This document shows positions 9,530 to 18,777 of a stretch of DNA of 64,000 nt, piece after piece. The position numbers and the translations under genes are program-made. Position 1 is the first letter of the stretch. Every line of letters starts with the position of its first letter. Source of the DNA: an uncultured Eubacteriales bacterium (lineage in GTDB: Bacteria; Bacillota; Clostridia; Christensenellales; CAG-138). A model generated the notes under the pieces. It had not been told where the DNA came from and did not search any database. It was given only the letters and a program-made list of their open reading frames with translations. The DNA is taken from contig UQOG01000001.1 of assembly GCA_900542615.1 (NCBI GenBank), positions 22,668-86,667 of the forward strand, given 5' to 3'.

Positions 9530-10438
9530 TCAGAATATGTTTACAACCCATCCGCACACAAGCGAGAATACGATGACAAACGCAATATACAGAAAGAATC
9601 GTTTTGCGCCGAGAACGATTTTCAGCGCACCTAAATTTGTAATTTTGGTGGACGGACCGGTAATCATAAAGGAAGTCGCCGCACCGACGCTCATCCCGTC
9701 CCAGAGCCATTGCTGAAGAAGCGGAATCGTACCGCCGCCGCAGACGTACAGTGGAACACCGATGGTTGCCGCCATCAGTACGCCAAAGCCCTCGTTTTCT
9801 CCGAACAGGCTGGCAAAGGCATCGGCGGGAACATACCGCTGAAACAGTGCGGACAACAGAATACCCAGCAGGAAGTACAGTCCCGTTGCCTTGATGTTGC
9901 GCCAGAGATTTTTCAGAAACCGCAGAAGCAGATTCGGATCGGTATCTTTGTTTTTCGGTGCAGAAAATCCGCTGAAATTGAAAAAGTCCTTGCCGCGATA
10001 GAAAAAGTGAACACAAAGTCCGGCGGCAATTCCACACAGAAAACAGGTAATGACTCTAATCAGCACAAGTTCCGTACCAAGCGCGGTGCTGTACATAATA
10101 AGCTGCGGATTGAGCAGGATGGACGCCATCATAAACGAGGCAAGCCAGTCCTGCCGCATCCCTTTTTCGGAAAACGATGCGGCAAGCGGAATCGTGCCGT
10201 ACATACACAGCGGTGATAAAATTCCGAGGATGCAGGCGGGGACGATGCCGAACAGTCCCCACCGTTTGTCCTTCATTCCGGCGAACAGATTATGGATGCG
10301 TTCCTTCGCAAAGACCGAAATCAGCGACCCGAGCACCATGCCCAGCACCCAGTACGAGAAAATCTGCCGCAGTTGGAGGTCAAAATAGTACCACAGGTAG
10401 ATGAACTCCCGCTGCAGAATTTCAAAAAGATTACTCAT
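9530..10438 (-). CDS. predicted permease (DUF318/ArsP-like, two-repeat membrane protein)
   Basis: 302 aa, about 8 hydrophobic helices, GTIPLAASF and CGGGTIPL repeated motifs typical of this permease family. Confidence 0.65.
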   Translation of the reverse strand: MSNLFEILQREFIYLWYYFDLQLRQIFSYWVLGMVLGSLISVFAKERIHNLFAGMKDKRWGLFGIVPACILGILSPLCMYGTIPLAASFSEKGMRQDWLASFMMASILLNPQLIMYSTALGTELVLIRVITCFLCGIAAGLCVHFFYRGKDFFNFSGFSAPKNKDTDPNLLLRFLKNLWRNIKATGLYFLLGILLSALFQRYVPADAFASLFGENEGFGVLMAATIGVPLYVCGGGTIPLLQQWLWDGMSVGAATSFMITGPSTKITNLGALKIVLGAKRFFLYIAFVIVFSLVCGWVVNIF

Positions 10439-11597
10439 TGACTACAACCAGCTTGTACGCACGGTTTCCAAGCCCGATTTCCTCTCCGTGCTCCAATGTG
10501 TCCTCACCGCCGACACCCTCAATTCTGCGGATCATGGATTCCGCACCTTCAGACTGGTAGATCAGATCGACACACGCCTGGTCAAGTGCGACAGGATCAG
10601 TGGAAGCCAGAATGCCGATGTCATGGATGTCGGGAGCGGAAGGACGCGCCGTGCAGTCGCAGTCCACGGACAGGTTATTCATAACGCTGATAAACAGAAT
10701 GTTTCCGTCCAGTGCATCCACAACAGACTTGCCTGCTTCTGCCATGGAGTCCATGAACGTGGGAGAATCACCGCCCCAGGGACTGGTGTTGCTCTTGCCG
10801 CCGGTGTGAATAAGGCACTTGCCCTCAGTAGATGCAATGCCGATAGAGATATTCTTGATCGCACCGCCGAAGCCGCCCATCATATGTCCCTTGAAATGGC
10901 TGAGCACGAGCATACCGTCAAATTCTGCAAATCGTGCGCCGACAAGGTTTTCCTTCAGCACACTTCCGCCTTCCACGGGAATGGAGAGCGAACCGGTTTC
11001 ATCCATGATGACCACATCCGCAATATCGGTAAAGCCGTGATCCTTGGCAAGCTGATAGTGCATAGCGGTCTGCGCACGGCTGCCGCCGTATGCGGTATTG
11101 CTTTCGACAATGGTGCCGTTTACGTGCTGCACAAGCTCCTTGATGAAATCGGGACGCAGGTGGTTGGACTGATCGGATTCACCGGTATGTACCTTTACTG
11201 CCGTATTCTCGCCGGTGATCTCAACGCCAAGAGCTTCATAGATTGCCATCAATGCTTCGGGTGTGATCTCAGAGGTGTAATAAACAACACTTTCCGCATC
11301 CGCATCATAATTTTTCAAATCTGCCGTCTTGATGGTGGCACCGCCGTTGGTAACAATTTCATCCACCGCTTCTACGGGCGTGTCGGGATTCTTGGAGGTG
11401 TCAGTTGTTCCGTTGGAATCAGATGTGCCCTCGGGTGCAGTCGTTGTGCCGTCCGTGGCAGTATCATTGTTACCCGATGTGTTTTCGGTGTTCGACGAAG
11501 TATCCGCAGGGTCGCTTGTGTTATTGCAAGCTGTGCAGGCAATCAGCACAACAAGTGCAAGCATAAGCGCCAAAACCTTTTTGATGTTATTTCGCAT
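10431..11597 (-). CDS. DUF362-domain lipoprotein
   Basis: Lipobox VVLIACTAC, T/S/N-rich linker, DUF362-like core (..SHFKGHMMGGFGGAIKNISIG..); overlaps both neighbours by 8 and 11 nt. Confidence 0.7.
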   Translation of the reverse strand: MRNNIKKVLALMLALVVLIACTACNNTSDPADTSSNTENTSGNNDTATDGTTTAPEGTSDSNGTTDTSKNPDTPVEAVDEIVTNGGATIKTADLKNYDADAESVVYYTSEITPEALMAIYEALGVEITGENTAVKVHTGESDQSNHLRPDFIKELVQHVNGTIVESNTAYGGSRAQTAMHYQLAKDHGFTDIADVVIMDETGSLSIPVEGGSVLKENLVGARFAEFDGMLVLSHFKGHMMGGFGGAIKNISIGIASTEGKCLIHTGGKSNTSPWGGDSPTFMDSMAEAGKSVVDALDGNILFISVMNNLSVDCDCTARPSAPDIHDIGILASTDPVALDQACVDLIYQSEGAESMIRRIEGVGGEDTLEHGEEIGLGNRAYKLVVVNE

Positions 11598-12243
11598 TTT
11601 TCTTTGACTCCTTTGTGATTAACAATATTTTTTTGATGATATGGGTAAGCATCACGAACAAAAGCGAGATGCACATCGTTTCAAAGAGATATTCAATCAA
11701 ATGCTTATCGTAATCAAACCATTTGAATTCGGTAAGCAGGAACAGTTCTTCATAGAAACGGCGGATGATAAAGTGGTAAACACCGTAAGCGGACGCTGCA
11801 CCCAATACGGCATAAAAGCCAACCTTTGCCGCTTTCTTTTTCGGAGTACGAATGTGCATACTGAGGTGCATACTCATGAACACAAAACACCACGCCGTGC
11901 TCGCCATGTGCAGCTTCCGCCCGAACATCATCATCCCGGGGATGCGGAAATCCTGAAATACCACGCCCGAGATCATCAGCGCGGACAACATACAGCCGAT
12001 GAAGCTGAGCATCAGCAGGAAGTTGATTGCCGTCTGTATGATTCTCTGCGGAGGATATTTCCCCTTAAACAGTGCTTTGTACCATCGATAGTTCAGAATG
12101 TTATGGGCAAGAAAGCAGACGAACAGTCCCACGCCGAGCCATTCGTGGAGTGCGCCCGAAGCAAGATGCTGCCCCATCAGCAGCAGAAACAGTACAAACA
12201 TGAAGATGTCAATGCAAATTTTCACGATTCTGATTGGTTTCAT
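11587..12243 (-). CDS. DUF4405-domain (cytochrome-b-like) membrane protein
   Basis: 218 aa, 4-5 TM helices, conserved His residues in helices (HEWLGVGLF..FLAHNILN). Confidence 0.65.
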   Translation of the reverse strand: MKPIRIVKICIDIFMFVLFLLLMGQHLASGALHEWLGVGLFVCFLAHNILNYRWYKALFKGKYPPQRIIQTAINFLLMLSFIGCMLSALMISGVVFQDFRIPGMMMFGRKLHMASTAWCFVFMSMHLSMHIRTPKKKAAKVGFYAVLGAASAYGVYHFIIRRFYEELFLLTEFKWFDYDKHLIEYLFETMCISLLFVMLTHIIKKILLITKESKKNAK

Positions 12244-12254
12244 GACACACTCCC

Positions 12255-13808
12255 TCAGTTGTTTTCATAAATATCCGTCAGCCAGCGGTCAAATTCGGGA
12301 ACCCAGTCAGAATTTTTATTGCCTGCGCCAAAACCGTGAGGCTGCCCCTCGTAGCAATGTTCCTCGACAGATACGCCTGCTTCACGCACGGCATCGGCGT
12401 TTGCCATGAACTGATGATAGAACGGATCTTCCGTACCGTAGGCGTAGAAAGTTGGCGGAAGATTGGACTGTCTGAACTTCTCAACATCGGTAGAGCCTAC
12501 GGAAAGTCTGCCATAGAAAGAATAAATATGCCCAATAGCAGCGGAATCTGCAGAAACAAGGTCAAGCGTGTCGGGAATATAGTTTTCATCCAGCGCAGCA
12601 GGAGTTACATCACCTTTCCAGTTGAGTACCTGCTCACCGCAGAGAATACCGCCTGCGGAATAACCGACCACGGCAATATCGTTCGGGTCAATGTCATACT
12701 CATCTGCATAGTAACGCACATACCGTACTGCACGGGCAAGGTCGAGTGCTCCTTCCTCCTGTGTGAACGGACGAAGCCGATACTGTACCACGAAACACTG
12801 ATACCCAAGCTCATTCAGTTTATCGGCAGTAGGATATGTGTCGCCCCAATTCCCACGAAATACGAACGCACCGCCTGCACAAAGCATGACAGCACCCTTG
12901 ACCTCAACGCCTTTCTTCACAGGACGGTATTCCATGTGCGGTTTGAAGTCCTCCGGATCGTTCCATGAGGACGAATACTCTCTCGGACAGGGCATTTTAC
13001 CTTCTTCCCACAGATAGATGGTCTGTGCTTCGCTCGGTGTAGGAACTGCCATATTGAATGCAGGAGTGTTTTCCGATTCCGAGGATGTATCGTCCACGGT
13101 ATTCGGATCGTGGTACAGTCCCAAATCCTTCACCCAATCAACAATGTCCTGTTCGGCATCCTGTATTACATCGCGGGAGATAGACAGACCTCGAATCACT
13201 TCGGCATTCGGCTCCAGTTCGGCAATGGTTTCGTTGGTACGGGAAAATCCGCTGCCGCCGTGAGTGTTAAAGGTGATGATCTTCTTGCCCGAAAAATCAT
13301 AGGTATCGAAAAAGGTGTACAGGATCATCGGCAGATCAGCCCACCAGTTGGGATAGCCGATAAACACGGTATTATATTCATCAAAGTTCTCAATGCTGTC
13401 CTTGATCGCCGGACGGGCATTCTCGCTTTTCTCCTGTTGGGCATACTCTACCAGCGCATCGTGATCGGTGGTATACGGCACTTCCGGTTCAATGCGGAAG
13501 ATGTCCGCACCGGTGTTCTCCGCGATCACATACGCCATGTACTGGGTGTTGCCAAGAGTTTCGCCGCCTATTACAACAGAACTGTTGTCCTTATTGTCCG
13601 GCATGGAAAAGTAAACAACAAGCGTTTTGCCTGTATCGACAGTTGCTGTATTGGAATTCATATTATCGGATGTCGTGTTGCTGCTTCCAGGATAATTTTC
13701 TGGGGAAGATGGATTTTTTGTATCAGCCCCACTATCGGTACAAGCTGCAAAGGACAGCAGACAAGCACCGCACAGCAGCAGACTGAGAAATTTTCTGAAT
13801 CTTCCCAT
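12255..13808 (-). CDS. exported flavodoxin-like / alpha/beta-hydrolase fusion lipoprotein
   Basis: Lipobox LLSFAAC; N-terminal half TLVVYFSMPDN...FIGYPNWWADLP (flavodoxin_4-like); C-terminal half with GYSAGG nucleophile elbow and HGFG. Confidence 0.75.
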   Translation of the reverse strand: MGRFRKFLSLLLCGACLLSFAACTDSGADTKNPSSPENYPGSSNTTSDNMNSNTATVDTGKTLVVYFSMPDNKDNSSVVIGGETLGNTQYMAYVIAENTGADIFRIEPEVPYTTDHDALVEYAQQEKSENARPAIKDSIENFDEYNTVFIGYPNWWADLPMILYTFFDTYDFSGKKIITFNTHGGSGFSRTNETIAELEPNAEVIRGLSISRDVIQDAEQDIVDWVKDLGLYHDPNTVDDTSSESENTPAFNMAVPTPSEAQTIYLWEEGKMPCPREYSSSWNDPEDFKPHMEYRPVKKGVEVKGAVMLCAGGAFVFRGNWGDTYPTADKLNELGYQCFVVQYRLRPFTQEEGALDLARAVRYVRYYADEYDIDPNDIAVVGYSAGGILCGEQVLNWKGDVTPAALDENYIPDTLDLVSADSAAIGHIYSFYGRLSVGSTDVEKFRQSNLPPTFYAYGTEDPFYHQFMANADAVREAGVSVEEHCYEGQPHGFGAGNKNSDWVPEFDRWLTDIYENN

Positions 13809-13812
13809 AGGC

Positions 13813-14370
13813 TTACTTCAAAGCCGCACCGTCACGGAAAGCGTTGCCGACCTTTTCTCCGATCACATGATATGCGGCGTTTGCTCCGTCAAAAATAACA
13901 GGACGCAGCTTTTCAACCGAAATGTTGCCGTTTTTGCCGAGGATGCTTTCATCTGCGCTCACATTTACGATCTCTCCGAACATATAATGGTTTTCGGAAT
14001 CGTAGCTGATGAGTTTACATTCCAGCGTCATGGGTAATTCTTCAATAACAGGTGCATCCACATATTCGCTTTTTACGGTGTGGAATCCCGATTTCTTCAT
14101 TTTTTCCGGCTCGTCTTTTGCGGAAACAAGTCCCACATAGTCGCAGGCAATGACCGTATCCGCGGTTCCCATGCTGACGGTAAACGCTTTTCGAGCCAGA
14201 ATGTTATCGGTGGATTTGTGGCTGCTGATGCACATGAAAATCTTGTTTCCGCCAGCCACACCGCCCCATGCTGCGTTCATGGCATCAGCATTACCTTTTT
14301 CATCGTAGCTCGCAATAATAAATACCGCCTGCGGATACAAAATCGGTTTCGCACCAAAATTCTTTCTCAT
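13813..14370 (-). CDS. flavin reductase-like protein (island copy)
   Basis: Track ORF to 14385; start set at MRKNFG (ATG 14370) behind ggagga. Collinear with 3622-4182 along the whole length but with AT-richer codons. Confidence 0.8.
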   Translation of the reverse strand: MRKNFGAKPILYPQAVFIIASYDEKGNADAMNAAWGGVAGGNKIFMCISSHKSTDNILARKAFTVSMGTADTVIACDYVGLVSAKDEPEKMKKSGFHTVKSEYVDAPVIEELPMTLECKLISYDSENHYMFGEIVNVSADESILGKNGNISVEKLRPVIFDGANAAYHVIGEKVGNAFRDGAALK

Positions 14371-14393
14371 AATTGGTTCCTCCATTTTATTGA

Positions 14394-15119
14394 TTACTTC
14401 TTGTTTTTCGGCTCATAACGAAGCCAGAGGGTATCACCATCCAAAACATCTGCGCCAAGCAGCTTGAATGCGATGGGGTCTGTCTGCGGATGGAACACAG
14501 CTTTATCAAACACCGTAGCCGAATCTGTACCGCCGTCCGTCAGCGGAGCGATAATCAGACTAAGCTCGTCAATCAGTCCTGCCTGCAGGAAGGTATAGTC
14601 CACGATCCCGCCGCCGCAGATCATCAGTTTTTCGATGTGAAACAGTCTGTACATCTTTTCCATCACCAGTTCGCAATCGAGGGTATCCTTTCCCGCGAAG
14701 ATATAGGAAATATCGAAGCTATGCAGATAAGCAATATAATCATCTGACACGTTTTCACACAGCACCGCAATCGGATGCACACGGGGACGACCTTTCTTTT
14801 CGATATACTTGCTCTCCCATGCGACAGTTCCGTTGACGTCGATGCAAATGAAATACCGCTCAACATCTGTTTCTGCAAGATAGTCGGTACGAGGGCATGT
14901 TTCACTTGTTTTCGGAAGTTCACCGACATAACCTCCTGCATAGGTTTCTGCCATTGTCGTTGCACCGTAAAGAGTTGCTTTGCAGTCATATTCTGTACGG
15001 ATACGATTGGACTCTGCAAGACAGGGACGCAGTTCGGGTGCGCCGAAGTATTCGCCGTCGATCTTACCGTCCACGGAACTGACGATATGACAGATTACAT
15101 AAGGTCTGTTCATAAGCAT
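14394..15119 (-). CDS. RibD_C / dihydrofolate-reductase-like reductase
   Basis: HIVSSVDGKI...LMICGGGIVDY..LIDELSLIIAP pattern of the RibD C-terminal/DHFR-like family; start ambiguous (15125 TTG, 15119 ATG or 15113 ATG). Confidence 0.7.
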   Translation of the reverse strand: MLMNRPYVICHIVSSVDGKIDGEYFGAPELRPCLAESNRIRTEYDCKATLYGATTMAETYAGGYVGELPKTSETCPRTDYLAETDVERYFICIDVNGTVAWESKYIEKKGRPRVHPIAVLCENVSDDYIAYLHSFDISYIFAGKDTLDCELVMEKMYRLFHIEKLMICGGGIVDYTFLQAGLIDELSLIIAPLTDGGTDSATVFDKAVFHPQTDPIAFKLLGADVLDGDTLWLRYEPKNKK

Positions 15120-15157
15120 CACCAATTCTTCTTTTCCTTGGAGCTGTCATGCTGCTT

Positions 15158-16006
15158 TTAACGTTCTTCCACCATCCGGCAGAACCATTCCACCATGTTC
15201 GGGTCGGTATGGGAGAAGAAAGAGGACTGCTTTTTGTCAAGCCCCGCGATGATTGCCATATCCTCGTCCGCCAGTGCGAAGTCGAATACGTTGAAGTTTT
15301 CCTCCATGCGTTCAATGTGTGTGGACTTGGGAATCACCACAACGCCGCGCTGAATGTGCCAGCGGAGCATGACCTGCGCAGACGTTTTGCCGTACTTTTC
15401 GCCGATTTCTTTCAGCTCGGGCAGCTCAAACATACCGCCACGTCCTTCGCCGAACGGTGCCCATGCTTCCACCTGCACACCGTACTTTTCGTGCCAGCTG
15501 AGATTTTCAGTCTGCTGATGATGCGGATGCACCTCGATCTGGTTGACCATCGGCTTGATGCGGGCGAAGTTGGCAATGTCGATCATGCGGTCGGTGTAGA
15601 AGTTGGAGATGCCGATAGCACGGATCACGCCTTCCGCATACAGATCCTCCAGCGCGCGATAGGCACCGTAAACATCGCTGAAGGGCTGATGGAGCAGGCA
15701 GAGGTCGAGATAGTTCGTCTGCAGCTTGCGCATGGATTCCAGCACGGACTTTTTGCATTCCTCGTAGCCGTAATGCTCGATCCAGACCTTGGTGGTGAGG
15801 AAGATTTCCTCACGTGGGATGCCGCTCTTTACAAGCGCACTGCCGACTTCTTCCTCGTTGAAATAGCTCTGTGCCGTGTCGATGGAGCGATAGCCGACCT
15901 TCAGAGCGTCAAGTACGCAGCGTTCGCATTCGTCCTTTCGTACCTGATACACGCCGTAGCCGAGAATGGGCATTTTTACGCCGTTGTGAAGGGTTACATA
16001 TTCCAT
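15158..16006 (-). CDS. aldo/keto reductase
   Basis: 282 aa behind SD ggaggt; GYRSIDTAQSY, LLHQP and IPKS motifs of the AKR superfamily. Confidence 0.88.
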   Translation of the reverse strand: MEYVTLHNGVKMPILGYGVYQVRKDECERCVLDALKVGYRSIDTAQSYFNEEEVGSALVKSGIPREEIFLTTKVWIEHYGYEECKKSVLESMRKLQTNYLDLCLLHQPFSDVYGAYRALEDLYAEGVIRAIGISNFYTDRMIDIANFARIKPMVNQIEVHPHHQQTENLSWHEKYGVQVEAWAPFGEGRGGMFELPELKEIGEKYGKTSAQVMLRWHIQRGVVVIPKSTHIERMEENFNVFDFALADEDMAIIAGLDKKQSSFFSHTDPNMVEWFCRMVEER

Positions 16007-16029
16007 ATTTTTTTACCTCCGAAGAAATT

Positions 16030-16143
16030 ATGATTGATCTGCTTCATCACCGCAGTTGGTGTGATATATAGTTTTTCCGCCGCTTTCGAAAAACTACCTT
16101 GCTCTGTAACTGCAATAAATGTATCAAGTTGTGGGTTGTGCAT
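16030..16143 (-). pseudogene. LysR-family regulator, N-terminal HTH remnant
   Basis: MHNPQLDTFIAVTEQGSFSKAAEKLYITPTAVMKQI is a LysR wHTH; the ORF then degenerates and runs into the AKR start. Confidence 0.65.
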
Positions 16144-16162
16144 GATTACTCTGTTCCGCCGC

Positions 16163-16193
16163 TTGACAAACAGCTCTTTCAGATACATAATAT
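16163..16193 (+). promoter_or_regulatory. candidate promoter of the merR-family gene
   Basis: TTGACA 16163-16168, N17, CATAAT 16186-16191 (alternatively N19 TAATAT); about 70 nt upstream of ATG 16263. Confidence 0.5.
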
Positions 16194-16194
16194 T

Positions 16195-16225
16195 GTTATA
16201 CAAGTTAAAGTCAACTTTAAGTCAA
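16195..16225 (-). promoter_or_regulatory. MerR-type promoter/operator facing the AKR operon
   Basis: On the minus strand: TTGACT (16225-16220), 19-nt spacer, TATAAC (16200-16195). The spacer contains the perfect dyad TTAAAGT-N2-ACTTTAA (16205-16220). Confidence 0.65.
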
Positions 16226-16262
16226 GGGATTTCACGAAAAATCCAAAATTTGGGAGATAAAA

Positions 16263-16709
16263 ATGTTTTATACAGTCGGAGAAATGGCAAAGCGTTTGGG
16301 TGTTGCACCGTCCACGCTTCGTTTTTATGATAAGGAAGGGTTGCTCCCGTTTGTAGAGCGTTCAGACGGAGGCATTCGTGTATTCAAGGATTCGGACTAC
16401 GAGTGGCTGATGATCATTGAATGTCTGAAGAAAACGGGGATGCCGCTGAAGGACATCCGGGAATTTATCGTGATGGCGATCAAAGGAGATGATACGATTG
16501 ACGGACGGCTTGCGCTGATTACGAAGCAGAAGGAATCGGTTGAGCAGCAGATTGCGGTACTTGAAGAAGTGCATCGCGTGCTGGAATTCAAGCAGTGGTA
16601 TTATGAAACGGCGAAAAAAGAAGGTACAACCGATGTGCCGAGACGTATGCCGCCGGAAGAGCTGCCGGAAGAGTTCAGAGAGATCAGACGGAAACTCCGT
16701 GGTGAATGA
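16263..16709 (+). CDS. MerR-family transcriptional regulator
   Basis: YTVGEMAKRLGVAPSTLRFYDKEGLL N-terminal HTH plus coiled-coil dimerisation region. Confidence 0.88.
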   Translation: MFYTVGEMAKRLGVAPSTLRFYDKEGLLPFVERSDGGIRVFKDSDYEWLMIIECLKKTGMPLKDIREFIVMAIKGDDTIDGRLALITKQKESVEQQIAVLEEVHRVLEFKQWYYETAKKEGTTDVPRRMPPEELPEEFREIRRKLRGE

Positions 16710-16729
16710 TGTAATCATTCTTGCATAAG

Positions 16730-16786
16730 AAAACCGCTGTACTTTTCATCCTCGCAAGGATGGAAAGTACAGCGGTTTTATATTTT
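16730..16786 (+). terminator. rho-independent terminator of merR-family gene
   Basis: About 21-bp stem aaaaccgctgtacttttcatcc / ggatggaaagtacagcggtttt followed by tatatttt. Confidence 0.8.
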
Positions 16787-17246
16787 CTGAAGAAAGGTGT
16801 CAAACTGCATTTTTACAGTTTGGGTATCATTTTCGAGGAAAATATACGGGTGTCCAGAGGGGGGGCGGGTCTCCGGTGGAGACCTCAAAATGCGAAGCGT
16901 TTTGAAACACTGACCGAGCCGGCAGGCGAGACGCATCCCCTTGGCTCTGGGTTTCCAATAGGGGCGAGAAGCACCCCTGTTGGCACACGATTTTGCTTGC
17001 AAAGTCTAGTGTGTTATACCTTTTGCGACCGCTGACGCTGGAAAGGGGCTGTCCCACGCCAGACAGACACTTTTCGGCGGCAGCAGAACAGGCGGATTTT
17101 GTGGGCTATAAGCTACAAAAGACAAGGAATTTGCAACGAGCAAAATCCGGCTGTTCGGGTGTAGTTGGCATAGGAAATCTTGAAGCTGTGCGGAAAGATT
17201 TTCTGTGCCAACGGGGGCGCAAGAGGTATATAAAAACCCGCCGCAG

Positions 17247-18777
17247 CGATCAGCTCCCGTATCTGTATCCCTACTATCAGCGGGATAAAGCGGAGGGACG
17301 CTTGGACGACGCCAAGGCGTTGGAATTGATTGAAGGGCTATTCATCAAGTTTAACCATATCGTCTACCTGCGCAGCTCCGGAAGCGCCAAGTATTTTGCC
17401 GGCTTTCCCATCGGCTTTAACGTGGCCGTTGGCGGCCAGGGCCCGGACGGGCAGGACGCCTCCAATGCATTGTCCTATCTATTTCTTACCGCCCAGGAGC
17501 AGCTGGGGCTGCCCCAGCCCAACCTTTCCGCCCGGGTGCATAGGAATTCCCCGGAACCGTTTTTGCGCCGCTGCGCCCAGGTGATCGGCAAAGGGAGCGG
17601 TATGCCCCAGCTGTTCAACGACGAGGCGGTGATCCCCGCCCTGATGGAAAAAGGCATTTCCCAAGAAGACGCCAGGAATTACGCCATTGTGGGGTGCGTG
17701 GAGCTATCCACCATGGGGAACAGCCTTGGGTGGAGCGATGCGGCCATGTTCAATTTGGTAAAAGCCCTGGAGCTGGCATTAAACGATGGGAAATGTATGC
17801 TGAGCGGGGTTCAGATGGGAGCGCATACCGGCACCCTGGCGGATCATGCCACCTATGGGGATGTGGAACGGGCTTTCGCCGCCCAGATCGATTATTTCTT
17901 TGACCGGATGCTGGCCTGCTGCGACGTGGTGGAAAAAGCCCATGGTATGCTGCTGCCCTCGTCCTTCCTGTCCGGCGTGATACGGGATTGCCTGGAAAAG
18001 GGGGTGGACGTTACCCTGGGCGGCGCCCATTATAACCTATCCGGCATCCAGGCGATTCAGTGCGCCAATGTGGCGGACAGCCTGGCTGCCTTAAAGGCCT
18101 TGGTGTACGATGAACAACGGGTGGATCGGAAGGCGCTCTATGAAGCCTTGCGCCGGGATTTTGCCGGCGAGGAACGGCTGCGCCAGACCCTGCTGAACCG
18201 GGCGCCGAAATATGGAAACGATGTGGCCTGGGTGGATGAGATCGCCCATACGTGGATCCGGTTTTTCGCAGACAAGCTAAAGGGCCATACCAATGCCCGG
18301 GGCGGCATTTATCACGCAGGATTATATACGGTTTCCGCCCACGTGCCCATGGGGCAAAATGTGGGCGCCACCCCGGATGGGCGTCATGCCAGAGCCCCCT
18401 TGGCGGACGGGGGTATGTCCGCGGTATACGGCCGGGACCTGCAAGGGCCTACCGCTTTGCTAAAATCCGTTTCCCGGGTGGATTCCAAGCTGGGAAGCAA
18501 CGGCACCCTCTTAAATATGAAGTTCCTGCCCCAGCTGTTTCAGAGCGAAACCGGCATTTGCAAATTCGTCGAATTCATACGGGCTTTTATTCGCCTGCGC
18601 ATCTCCCACGTGCAGTTCAACGTGGTCAACCGGGAGGCGCTGCTCTCCGCCCAGGCCAATCCGGAAGCCTTCCGGAGCCTAACCATACGGGTGGCAGGGT
18701 ATACCGCGTATTTTACGGAGCTGGCCCGGGACCTGCAAAATGAGATCATTGAAAGAACCAGCTACGGGGATGTATGA
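17247..18777 (+). pseudogene. glycyl-radical enzyme (PFL-like), 5'-truncated; roughly the C-terminal 510 codons retained
   Basis: Family similarity begins at ..DQLPYLYPYYQRDKAEGRL... Catalytic GCVE and glycyl-radical motif RVAGYTAYF are present. The about 85 upstream in-frame codons of track ORF 16993-18777 have no GRE character, and the expected ~250-300 N-terminal residues are absent. Confidence 0.75.

Noticed and set aside
16790-17246. Right-hand island border sequence: G-rich stretch with hairpin gggtctcc-ggt-ggagacc. It has a vague resemblance to Tn3-family terminal repeats (GGGG...AAAATGCG...) and to group II intron domain V (gagccg...).
   Set aside because: No matching inverted copy was found at the left border. 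The domain-V-like segment does not fold into the required 34-nt helix, and no transposase, resolvase or RT gene is present.
16993-17246. N-terminal extension of the glycyl-radical enzyme ORF given in the track (start 16993).
   Set aside because: The first ~85 codons show no glycyl-radical enzyme similarity, have no SD, and lie in island-border DNA. They are treated as a fortuitous in-frame extension of a truncated gene.
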